From positions 2,666,001 to 2,730,000 of the forward strand of contig CM007991.1 in the NCBI GenBank assembly GCA_002189035.1: 64,000 nucleotides of DNA, read 5' to 3'. The notes under the pieces were generated by a model that was given only the letters and a program-made list of their open reading frames with translations, was not told the DNA's origin and did no database searches. Numbering within the stretch: position 1 is the first letter of the stretch; each line of letters opens with the position of its first letter. This DNA is from Utricularia gibba (lineage: Eukaryota > Plantae > Magnoliophyta). This document shows, one piece after another, positions 1-11,400 of the stretch. Made by a program: the position numbers and the translations under genes.

Positions 1-548
1 CTGATTCTTGCATTCGGCGTCGCGTACGTCGGATTGGGATGGCTCCTTCTCCGTAACCAGGCAATGTTTCTGAAAACTCAAACTCACTTTATCGGCAAAT
101 CAATTTTTCCCTAGAATTCAGCAATTTGATCATCATCAGGTTTGATTTACAGGTGCTCAAAGTGTATGTTCCTTCATACGAGAGCTTCGGGAGGATGTGG
201 CCGCACCTTTTCATTCGCGTGGTAGCATCGCTGATCCTCTACCAGTTAACGATGATCGGATACTTCGGCGTGAAGAAATTCTACTACACTCCGATTCTGT
301 TCCCCCTCCCGATTCTCTCCATCATCTTCATCGTGGTGTGTAAGAAGAAATTCTACCGCTTCTTCCGGTCGACTGCGCTGGAAGTGGCGAGCCGGGAACT
401 GAAGGAACAGCCGAACATGAGCTCCGTTTTCCGGTCGTTCGTGCCTCCGAGCCTGAGATCCGAGAAGGTTCTGGAGGAGGAGGAGGAGCGCTTCGAGGAT
501 GCCCTTTCAACATCTCAAGTTCCTTCCAGGGCAGACGCGGTAGTTTGA
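1..548 (+). CDS. ERD4: CSC1/OSCA-family ERD4-like calcium-permeable channel, last two exons (5' truncated by window edge)
   Basis: Exon 1-60 (LILAFGVAYVGLGWLLLRNQ) joins exon 153-548 (VLKVYVPSYESFGRMWPH...KKKFYRFFRSTALEVASRELK), matching the ERD4/OSCA C-terminus. Intron 61-152 is GC-AG. Confidence 0.9.
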
Positions 549-911
549 TTCCAGCTCCTTTGTGTTCGTCGCGCCGTGCGTCTCATGTGTATTTTAGGAA
601 AGTGTTCGTTACCATCCATTTCTTTTTTAAGGCCATGTCTGGGTTGCCCTTATTCTATATTTGGAAAAATATCCCAGATGCAAAACGTAAAGCAGCACTA
701 AAGAATCATTTCACGGCAAACAAAACGTTGGGTTTCTCTTTATGCGCCGCTTGATTTTCGTTTAATTGCTCAGATTCGTCTTCACTCCATTTACTGGGTT
801 CCTTGAACGCAGGCGTCCGTCCTCCTCTGAACGTGTGTCTGCATGGAGAAGATGGTAATTTGGGTTGCAGAAGGAAGCAGTGCCAGTGATTCCCGCCATT
901 CATTGATCAAC

Positions 912-1621
912 ATGAGAAGCAAGATTCTGATTTTTCTGGGCTCTTCGTTTTTCCGCTTTCTTATGGGTACTTGTGCCGTTCAGCTAGATTCTTTTCACTT
1001 GATCGTAAGTGATTACTTTTGTTTCTTTCGGTGCTTTGGCAGTGATGGCTGCCGACGCGTCAATCCCACTCGCGACCCTGTCTCCGCCGGAGGGGAACAC
1101 CACGTTCCTGGGGGGTGAGACGTGGTGCGTGGCTCGGCCCGCGTCGCCGCCGGCTGAGCTTCAGGCCGCCCTCGACTGGGCGTGCGGCCCCGGGCGCGCT
1201 GATTGCCGACCCATCCAACCTGGCGGCGCGTGCTTCGAGCCCGAGTCTCTGGTCTCCCACGCGTCTTACGCTTTCAACAGCTACTACCAACAAAACGGCA
1301 ACAACGACGTCGCCTGCTACTTCGGCGGCACTGCTGCTCTAACTCGCCGCGATCCCAGTACTGAATCAAACAGACATATTTCAATTCTGAAACCAGTCTC
1401 ATATCGCTCTATTTGTGCTGACATTTGGTTGCTTCAGGCTACCAGGACTGCGACTTCGCCTCATCGATGTGAGCTACAAACTGTGTACATGCCTGGAATT
1501 CCATCAAGATGATTCCGTTGCGCTGAATTGAATGAATGACAGGTCGGAGGTGTCGGGATCGAGGAGGCTCCGGAGATGGAGGCTACTGGGCGTAATGTGC
1601 TTTGCTCCCCTGCTGGTTTAA
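912..1621 (+). CDS. Secreted X8 (CBM43) domain protein, PDCB-like, probably GPI-anchored
   Basis: Exons 912-966, 1043-1357, 1438-1468, 1543-1621 splice in frame with GT-AG. Product has a signal-peptide-like N-terminus, WCVA...LQAALDWACG...DC..IQPGGACFEP...SHASYAFNSYYQ...ACYFGGTA X8 motif and a hydrophobic tail. Confidence 0.88.
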
Positions 1622-2978
1622 GAATCTATCTGACACTGTCGTGGAATATCATCTGCGATTCCGTATACCCCACATAATCCGCAGTTTTGTTCCCAACAGG
1701 GAAAAAGAAATGTGAGGAAAGATCGTTTTTCGATTTTCTTGACTCGAGAAGGATTATACCATTTCGATTTGCGTTTGATTCTTCTTCGACTTCCCTCTTC
1801 GAGATTGCGTGCGTAGGATGGTAGTCGCGTGTGTAGTGCCTCGCCATTTATCGATGAATCGGCTGGCGGCGGCGCAAGCCACCATTCGTTTCTCCCTCTT
1901 CTCCTGCGTTATCTTGGCGGCAGAGTGTTGGAATCTTCCGGTGGTCCTAACCCCTAACACAGCGATTAGGGTACTAAAAACAACTGGGTTTGTTTGTTTG
2001 TTGTCGCCGGAGATATCGACTATTGGAATTCATAAGATTTTGTGGTGTGGTTTGGAGAAGCAGCCTGCCTCCAAGATGTTTGTTGATTTGCCAGATGGGT
2101 ACGGCACTTGCTTATTTCCCAGTTTCCCTGATTTATAAGCAGCAAGCGCGCCCCACCCCTGACCTGATCAGTAGTCGTCTAGCTAGCTACAGGCAGCGTT
2201 GCCAAGGGAGGGATTTAGTTGGGCAGAGCCTTGGATTCTGCATTTTCTTTCGTTCGATCTGGGCAGAGCACCAGATGTAGGGAGTTAGTTCCTGGTGGCG
2301 TGTTGGGAGATGTGGATCTTGAGTTTGCATATGAGAGGGGGACATGGCTGGCTGGCTGGCTGGCTGGCTTCCTTGAAGCTGGGATCCAACTCCGATCATG
2401 TCCACGTTGTTGAGCTTCTCAGTTGCCTCTGCTCGCTCTCGTCTCTGTCTATCATCTATCTGTCTAAAAACCCCAAGTGCGTGCATGAAAGGGAAATGCC
2501 AATCGCCCTTTTTCTGGATTCCCTGCATAGGGTTTTACATCCCATCCCTTTCACTACAAATTATTTCTAGTGCAAGCAAACACAACACACACGCCTTTTC
2601 TTTTCTTGTATGTTGTATTATAAGAACCCCCCACTATTCAAATTTTATCATTTTTTTTCTACAACGAAGGCGGGAAGCTCCCCCTCTATCTAATCCACTA
2701 CCGTACCGCTGATGAAATCGCAAATCACGTTTTAATTACTTATTTCAAAGGAAGGTTTTAAGTGGAGTGAATGAGCGAGAGAGATCGGTTCCTTGCCAAG
2801 CTTGTTGTTATGGAAAAGGTGTGGTGTGATGAGGGATGAGATACCTACCTACCTACCCAGTGCACTGGGGAGGGGAGCCCAGCCTCCTTGAGACAAACGG
2901 AGTCCAATGTCAACGATGCACAGCCACCATTGTTGACCAGAGATCTCGTGCGAGAACGCGAGCGTTCTGCATTCACAT

Positions 2979-2997
2979 CCCCCCCCCCCCCCCCCCC
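2979..2997. repeat. Poly-C tract (19 C)
   Basis: Direct reading. Length is uncertain given the homopolymer errors elsewhere. Confidence 0.9.
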
Positions 2998-3413
2998 ATA
3001 CAATCCACCACACGCAACCACCACCACCACCACCTCCTCTCTATTTCAGAAACCTCTGATTCCCCTCACATTGCCTTGCCCTGCCACTCAATTTCCTGTA
3101 AATTCGGGGGAAATGACAGTCAGCCAGCCAGCCAGCCTGTGTGTTCTTTCCTTGATTCACTTGGATTATAATAATACCCCCCCTATTCTAATTGCACTTA
3201 CCTCAGCATAATGAATAGAGGGTGAGTTGGCATTTTTTTTTAGGATCCACATTTATCACAGTATTATGTCGAAATACGCAACATACCTTTTTCGCCAGCC
3301 ATGACCTTTGACTCCGGAAGTCAGTCTTCCTTTATTTATGGCCGCAACCCCCCACCCTCTTCGTAGCTCGCTCGCCGGAGTTCCTCTCTCCCTTTGTCTT
3401 CTGCTCTCGATTC

Positions 3414-5217
3414 ATGACGGGCGACGGAGCAGCGAGAAGATGCATCTGGAGCAAACAGGACTTCTTCCCGGAGGAATCGTTTCAGAGCTGGGGAAACTAC
3501 ACCCGGGCGCTGAAGCAAATCCCGTCGCGCCTTGTGGATAGGGCGCTGACACGGTCAACCTTGGAGTCGGAGGTGGAGATCAAGACGCGAAGTGGAAATG
3601 AGATGAAGAGGACGCTTTCGTGGTGGGATTTGATGTGGTTTGGTATGGGCGCGGTCATCGGCGCAGGAATATTTGTTCTTACCGGCCAGGAGGCGCGTCA
3701 GTCCGCGGGGCCGGCCGTCATCCTTTCCTACGTTGTTTCCGGTATCTCCGCCTTGCTAGCCGTCTTCTGCTACACCGAATTCGCCGTGGAAATCCCAGTT
3801 GCCGGTGAGGAATTCGCTGTTCCTGTGTATGATCATTGACAAACTTGAGAGATCTTAATCTGTTTCTGTTTGATTGTTCAGGGGTTCATTTGCGTACCTC
3901 CGGGTGGAGCTCGGGGAATTCGTTGCCTTTATAGCCGCCGGAAATATTATCCTCGAGTACATCATCGGGGGAGCGGCGGTGGCGCGTTCTTGGACGTCCT
4001 ACTTCGCCACCCTCTGCAACCACGAACCCAATCAATTCCGCATATACGCGCCTGGATTAGCAACCGGATACAACGAGCTGGATCCTATCGCCGTGGCGGT
4101 GGTTTTAATCATCTGCGTCATCGTCGTGAAGAGCACGAAAGCCTCCTCCAGGCTCAACTACATCGCCACCATTGTCCATATTTTGGTCATCCTCTTCATC
4201 ATCATCGCGGGCCTGATCAAATCAAACATCAGAAACTACACCCCCTTCGCGCCGTACGGCCCCCGCGGGGTATTCTCCGCTGCCGCCGTGCTGTTCTTCG
4301 CCTACGTCGGCTTCGACGCCGTATCCACCATGGCGGAAGAAACCAAAAACCCAGCCAGAGATATACCCATCGGATTGGTCGGATCGATGGTGATCACCAC
4401 TGCTATCTACTGCATCATGGCGCTAACTCTCTGCCTAATGCAACCTTACGGAGAAATCGATGTGAACGCTCCATTTTCCAAAGCCTTTGAGGCGGTGGGG
4501 TGGAATTGGGCGCAGTACCTCGTTGCAGCCGGCGCGCTCAAGGGAATGACCTCCGTGATTCTCGTCGGCGCCGTCGGGCAAGCCCGATACCTAACTCACA
4601 TCGCCAGAACCCACATGCTCCCACCGTGGTTCGCCAAGGTGGACTCCAAAACCGGAACTCCAGTGATCGCAACCGTGACGATGATGGTCGCTACGGCGAT
4701 AATCGCCTTCTTCACAAGCCTCGGAATCCTCTCAAATCTTCTCTCCATTTCCACGCTCTTCATCTTCATGCTGGTCGCCCTCTCCGTAATCGTGAGACGT
4801 TACTACGTCGCCGGCGAAACAACGCCCGCGAACCGCTACGCATTGATCGTCTTCATCGCCCTAATTCTGGGATCCTCCGTAGCCACAGCTGCGTATTGGG
4901 GACTGAGCGAGAACGGGTGGATCGCGTACTGCGTCACGGCGCCGATCTGGTTCCTGTCGACTTTGGGGCTGCAGCTTCTTGTTCCGATGGCCCGCAGGCC
5001 GAAGCTGTGGGGGGTGCCGCTGGTCCCATGGCTGCCGTCGGCGTCAATCGCCATCAATATTTTTCTGCTGGGATCCATAGACAAGGATTCCTTTGCGCGG
5101 TTCGGGATCTGGACCGCGCTGCTTCTGGTCTATTACTTTTTGTTCGGACTCCATGCCTCGTACGACACCGCCAAACAGACTGAAGCGGAAGTCACGCAGG
5201 CGGAGGCCTCTATTTAG
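3414..5217 (+). CDS. CAT1: Cationic amino acid transporter (APC family, CAT1-like), 2 exons; apparent 1-nt deficit at the exon 2 start
   Basis: FFPEESFQSWGNY, TLSWWDLMWFGMGAVIGAGIFVLTG, CYTEFAVEIPVAG|GSFAYLRVELG, GFDAVSTMAEE motifs. Intron 3805-3881. Confidence 0.93.
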
Positions 5218-5472
5218 TACTTTGTTAATCCACTTCTATTGCTGGTACAAATTGCAGAGCTTTCTTTTGTGCAACTTTTCTCGTCTGAATTCAGAACACA
5301 CTGAAGGAAGACTTCTTCAAAAAGCCCACTCAATACAACACAGGAACGAAACGACTATATAGAAGATGAAATCATGTGCTGAGGAACAACAACCACTCGA
5401 ACAAAGGAATAGATGCACAGCATGAGGAGCTTGAACAGAGAGATGAACGCAGTAGAGAGGGAGGAGGGCTTC

Positions 5473-8400
5473 TTACATGTCTATCTTGAGAAGAGTGTTG
5501 AGGGAGGTGCTGTTGAATCGCTGAGCGAGCCCTCTGATTACAAGCACTATGACATCACGAAGATGCCGTGTCTGCACCATTAGATCCGCCTCATTCTCGC
5601 TGTCCACGACGATTCTGAGGCGATGCTGATCATTTCGAAACAGCTCCACCTTCATACATGGGGAGAAAAGAAGAGTTTTTTTTTTTGTCAAAGGGGGTTG
5701 ATCTTAAATGCTGCACACAACCAGCACAACGCGGGTGCTTACATGGAAGGGTGGAGAATAGCTTCCGCGAATTTCTGTGGTGGGGAAGGAAGTTTTGGAT
5801 CCCGGTTTTATGACCTTGACCCTCTTTCTGTTGACTTCCAAGATTCTTCTCTCAAGATTTCCCATTCCCAGAACCTGAAATACAACAGGATTGAGGATTA
5901 GATACAGAGGTTGCTTTATGCTAATTCTAGATGATGCGACTAGCACGAAAGTATTACCGATTTTGGGGGACGATCTTTATCGCAGAGTACCTAAAAGACA
6001 AGTGCAAGGCAGTGAGTAGGTAAACTTGGGACACATTGATATCATCCAAGGACTGCTTGGAGAGGTTGGGTACCTCGAACTTGACAGATCCAGCCTCCAG
6101 TTTCTGTCTCACCTCCAGAAGAACATCAGGCTCTGCAATATCCAAGAATAATGAGGAAGTTCATGCACTAAAATCTGCACTCGAGGTACGCAAAAATGCC
6201 AATGCTGGAGGATGAAAGGAGCTTATTAACCCAGTCGGAAGACTTCATTGTACCTACGGCAATAGGATCCGTTGATGCAGAAACCGGCTCTCCCTCAGTG
6301 CCATCATCTCGTACTGGGGTATAAGCAACGACAAGCCTGTAGCCAACATCATCAACATTTGCCTCATACATTCTTCCAGTCTCACCTGCAATAGCATAAA
6401 AACATGTATTTCGTGTATGAAGAAGAAAAGTATATATATTTTCCATCGAAATAATGTTATCTCAATATTATCAACGTTTTAGGATCTGCAACCATCATAA
6501 AAAATCATACCAGAGATGGAAATTAGGTCCGGACTTCCAAGCATCGATCTGAGCCATTGGATTCTACTTTTACCTTCCTTCCCTCCAGTGTAAATGCCTC
6601 TCACAGCATACAAATTCGTGTGGAAACCCCGGCCCTCAATTTCCAACTTGTCAATTTTAGGAATTCCTGAATAAAACGGGAAACAACAGATCTCAGCAGG
6701 CAGGGGTGTAACATGCTGAAATGCGGGTCATTATAGAATTTTGTCTTGAATTGAAAACCTGGTAAAATCACAGCAGTTTCAGCATACACAGGTTCACTTG
6801 ATCTCCCAAAAACATCAGTAACCACACATTCGCACCTCAGGATGCAGCCAATGTCCTCAAACCTCACCTTATAGGAACAAGACCTCTGTGACGAATAAGC
6901 CTCAAACAATTTTTCATCTCCAGTTTCATGGGAGACAAACCTTCAAAATTTATAAAGCTAAATTGGTTCAACTTAAAAATATAGCAGTCAAAGACATTAA
7001 TCACGTTAACAATAAGGTTGTACTAGAAGCATACCATCGATAATTCACTTCTTTCTTGTACTTCTCCCAAACAAGTTGCTGATTTTCATTGCTTGGGATA
7101 ACTTCTGAAACAGTCAAAACCGCTCCTTCGACAGCCTTGCCCTTCAAGGCTAATTTCTCAATTCTTGGCAACTCTGCAAAATAAATCGCAAAAGGGGAAT
7201 TAATAAAACAACAGGATATAGCATTAACGAGAACAAACAAAGTTTTCATTTGGTTGCAACAAACGATGGCTTAAATATCTACCAGCACTTCCTAAGGTGA
7301 CAAGAAAGTAAATCTCACATTACCTGGAAAGATCGCCTCACTTCTGTCAGATAATTGAATTTCTCCGAGAACTGAATCTGACCGAACAGGTGTATATCTG
7401 TATACCATAAGCATGAACAGTAAATTTCGGAAATGAATGAAATACTATTTGGGATTATAGCTAGTGATTGGTCCTTGGGAAAAAACCAATGGCGAAAATC
7501 AGAGTCAAAACAATCAGGAATAAACAACCATATCTTGTTACCCGAACAACAGTCTGCAGTTGTAATCTTGTTCACAGACTTCATACATCTGAGAATCCGC
7601 TCCTTCAATAAGAAGGGTCCTTCCATCATTGTATACTCTGTACCAGGTAAACAGGCTTTCTCCCTGGCATCCACCAGTGTAATGCCCTTCTCCACGATAG
7701 GTCCTCTCAGACAATTTTTTTAAAGAGACATTTGAAACCGATGGAAGAGCTGCCAAATTCGATCAAAACCAAGGTCAACATGCATAACAAGATTGTATAT
7801 TTGCATGTGCAGAGAAGACTCCGTGGCAATGCCGCTGCATTTTAAGATTCTACCTGGAAGCACAGGAGATTCACAAATGGATATGAGTGGCTTTCCGCAC
7901 TTGCCATCTGATCTTATTGGGATCCAATATAATGCTAGATAAGACCCCACATCTTCAACAGATGGAGTATACGTTCTGAGGGTTGGAAAAGAAATAATAA
8001 AAAGTTTGCTAAGAATTGGATCAAAAAATGCATGCTTAATAACTACGTACAGTGTCTGTGCACATATTTCGACATTTTCCCAGGTATTTGACAGCTCAAG
8101 CAGTGCAGGTCCTTGAAGCTTATCCTTTGATCGGAACCAAATGTATTTCCCAACTCCTTCATTTCCTCCAAAATACTTTGTTTCAGGGATAACTTCCTGA
8201 CCCTCACAACCGTCAGGCACAAACATCTTCAAACCTTGAGGCTCACCTGTAATTTTGTAGTTGTGATATTAACCTTGGTTCATAGCTAGTGTTTTTCTAT
8301 GATTCTCATCAATGAGTAGCATCAACCAAAAAGCACGTCATTACTCAAAAATATGCATATATGTTGCTTGTGGGAAGAACGTTAAGAAAATAATAATAAA

Positions 8401-11400
8401 AAGATTAGCTACAGCTTGACTAGCCTGGAGCAACAGGGGACGAGCGAATTGTTTTTTGCTTTCCCTTCAAGCCATCAGCGCGAACAGGAGTGTAAGCAAT
8501 CTCAAGACAGTATCCCACTTCAGCGAAAGTTAGATCAAGATGTTCTGCACGAAGTTAACCAACGTGTGCAGGAATAGTAAGGAAAAACGATAAATGAAAA
8601 GAAGGAAATATGTAACGCCAACCTCCAACACAAATTTTCTCTCTTTGTCCATTGCTCTTAACTATGAACCACTCACACAGGCAATCTCCTTTCAAACTGA
8701 AAATAAAACAGCAGTAGATATGGATACAGTTAATAAGTCAAATAAATTACAAGTGATGAACAGAAGCAACAATTGTGAATAAGGATTTCACCCTCCACTA
8801 TACGAAGAAATCACAGTTACACGCTCCCCTTCCACCAAGGACCCTTGCAATTCAAGTGATGAACATGTAGGGACCCTGGAATACAGGTAGTCAGCCATGC
8901 AAATATATACGTCTGTAAACATATCTCAACCGCAGGATACAGAATAAGATTTTGACATGCAGTAGAGGGGCATCTCTTACCAGGCACAACTGGGCCTACA
9001 TGTTCTGAAATGAAAACAGGACCTCGGACACCATCCATGCGAATTGGCTCACAAGAAACTGCTACAAAGAAGCCAACATCATCTACAGATAGCGCATACG
9101 ATGAAGTTTTTGCATCAGTTATCTCATCACGGGTGCCATCTGACCTTGACTGCAGAAAAAAACTTTGTCCTGTCTGAGTGCGAAGGAACAGCACACAGAA
9201 AAGATGCTGCTAACTACTATTTAATATCACTTAACATGACAATGCAGATGGGAATACTTCTCAGAAAAAAGAAAATTACTGAATCCCATAGATAAAGCTT
9301 GGACATGAACAAAAGACTTAATCAAATTAAAGAATTAAAAAAAAGATGATACCCTGAACCAGTGGTAAACAGATCCTCCTTCTTCACCACCCCAATATTT
9401 CTTCTCAGCAATCAACGTAGTGCCTTCTACAGCTTTTCCAGCTACTTCTAATGAAAGTATCCTTGGGTTACCTATTAATTTCATGAAATATGAGAGGAAT
9501 ACAACGGCAGTTTTACCATACATAGTATGCATAAAAAACATTGACAGCTAATTGCTCAAACGACATAATAAATGTTACATAAAGCTGGTTCACTTTTTCA
9601 GTAGTTGTCATGAGCATTGTTTTTTATGGAAATTCAAGAAGAAAAGATCCTTCAAAAAGCTCAGAAATGAGACCCTGATTTAGCAAAATTTTATAATGAC
9701 CTGGACGAATACGTTCTTGACCAAAGCACGTTCTTTCTTCTCCAACAATACCATCACTGCGCACGGGGGTACAGGAAAAAGATATAAATCTTCCAATAGC
9801 AACTTTAGGTATTTGAAATTGTAGATGCCCTGAGGCTTCGGGAATCAAAGTACCCAGATCATTTTCTCCCTGCAGGAAATAAAACATAATGAAGATCTTG
9901 AAACTTTCAAAATGCAGTGAATCCGACATGCTACCTCGCAACAATGCCAATTATAGATGCTCATCCCCTCGTGACCACCAATATAGCCATATGAAGCTGT
10001 CAGGAATTCGCCTTCAACATAATCCCCACTTAAGGACAAGAAGTTGAGACTTGGAGGGAGCACTATAAGAAAATATATCAAAGGTTAGTTTTGAAAAATT
10101 GAATCCAGAGTTCAGAGGTACTTACTCTTGATGGCTGCTTCAGAAATTACATAGACTGGTTGTCCAGCTTCACCATCAGGATTCATTGGAGTGAACTTTG
10201 CAACAATGTATTTTCCAACGGCTCCCAATGGTATACGAAATGCCTGTATAAAAAAATAATAATATCAGGAAATCACGACCATGAAAAGCATGGTAAGACT
10301 AGATATTTTACCTTAGCAGATTTGGATGTACTTAATGCTTCAACCATATTTTCACCTTCAAAAGTAGACGAACTACTTTTGAACCACTGCACTCTACTAG
10401 AAGCTTCAGTCCCTCCTGTAACGATACCGGTTGCAGTGACCTTACTTCCTTCTTTCAACTCACCAATTATCTTCACACATGTAACCTTAGGTGGGGCTGT
10501 AATTGTGGAAATATAAGATAGCTGAGAAAAAAGTTAATGGAGAATAAAACCTGGAATCCAAGAAGAAACCAAAAAAAACAGGACACCAGTTACCAAATCA
10601 TGTAGTGAAAATAAGCACTCAATAAACTTAATAAACGAAATAACATAACAAATAGCTACAAACCTTTTTTAACTACTTGGGATACTGTCGACACAGGTGT
10701 GCCTTCCTTTCCTGAAGTCATCCAGCGTGGATCACTATAAAAAATGAGAAAAAGACAAGCACTTGGCTCATCTCACAAACGAAATCCTCACCTTCAGCAT
10801 TGACAGGAATGTACACAAAAGCCAATCGCCGAGCAACATCTTCTTTAGTCAGCTTATATTCATTTGTACCCGTCTGAACTAAAGTATACTCGCTGAGAAT
10901 ACAAACGTCACATTATAATGAGGATATAGTAAACACCAGAAAGTTCAGGGATTGCTAGAATTACAAAAAAAGGAAAAAAGAAACAAACAAACATCATGCA
11001 AGAATATGGCATTCTGCACTTGATTTTTCATAGAGAGAAAGTTTAGGAACATGAAAAAACCACCAGCTGCGCCAAAGGAAATATGTTCCTAAAACCTATA
11101 TAAAAAAGACACGGTTTCCAGCATCTCAATAATCATAAAGACCAACCTGGTGTCAACTTCTTCACGTAACCATTCATATTTACTTGGTCCCTCTTTTCCA
11201 CCAAAATAATGTCCCGAACCTCTGAATATGCTTCCTTCAACAGCATCTCCAATAATTTGGACGTTACTGACTGATGGAGGAGCTGATGACAAAGTAAAAA
11301 ATATTTTTCAAAGCATCTGGTGAACGCAAAAGAGAAATAAAGCCACAGACCAAGAATAGAGTTTCATCAAAGTTACAAGAAACACAGCTTTCTACCTGCT

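Noticed and set aside
2270-2420. Possible hairpin GGAGTTAGTTCC / GGATCCAACTCC flanking the (GGCT)n tract
   Set aside because: Only about 10 of 12 pairs and it does not extend.
3870-5183. Long alternative-frame ORFs over CAT1, and similar ones antisense to CHS, AIR9 and EMF1
   Set aside because: Shadow ORFs expected from GC-rich codon usage of the real genes; no recognisable domains.
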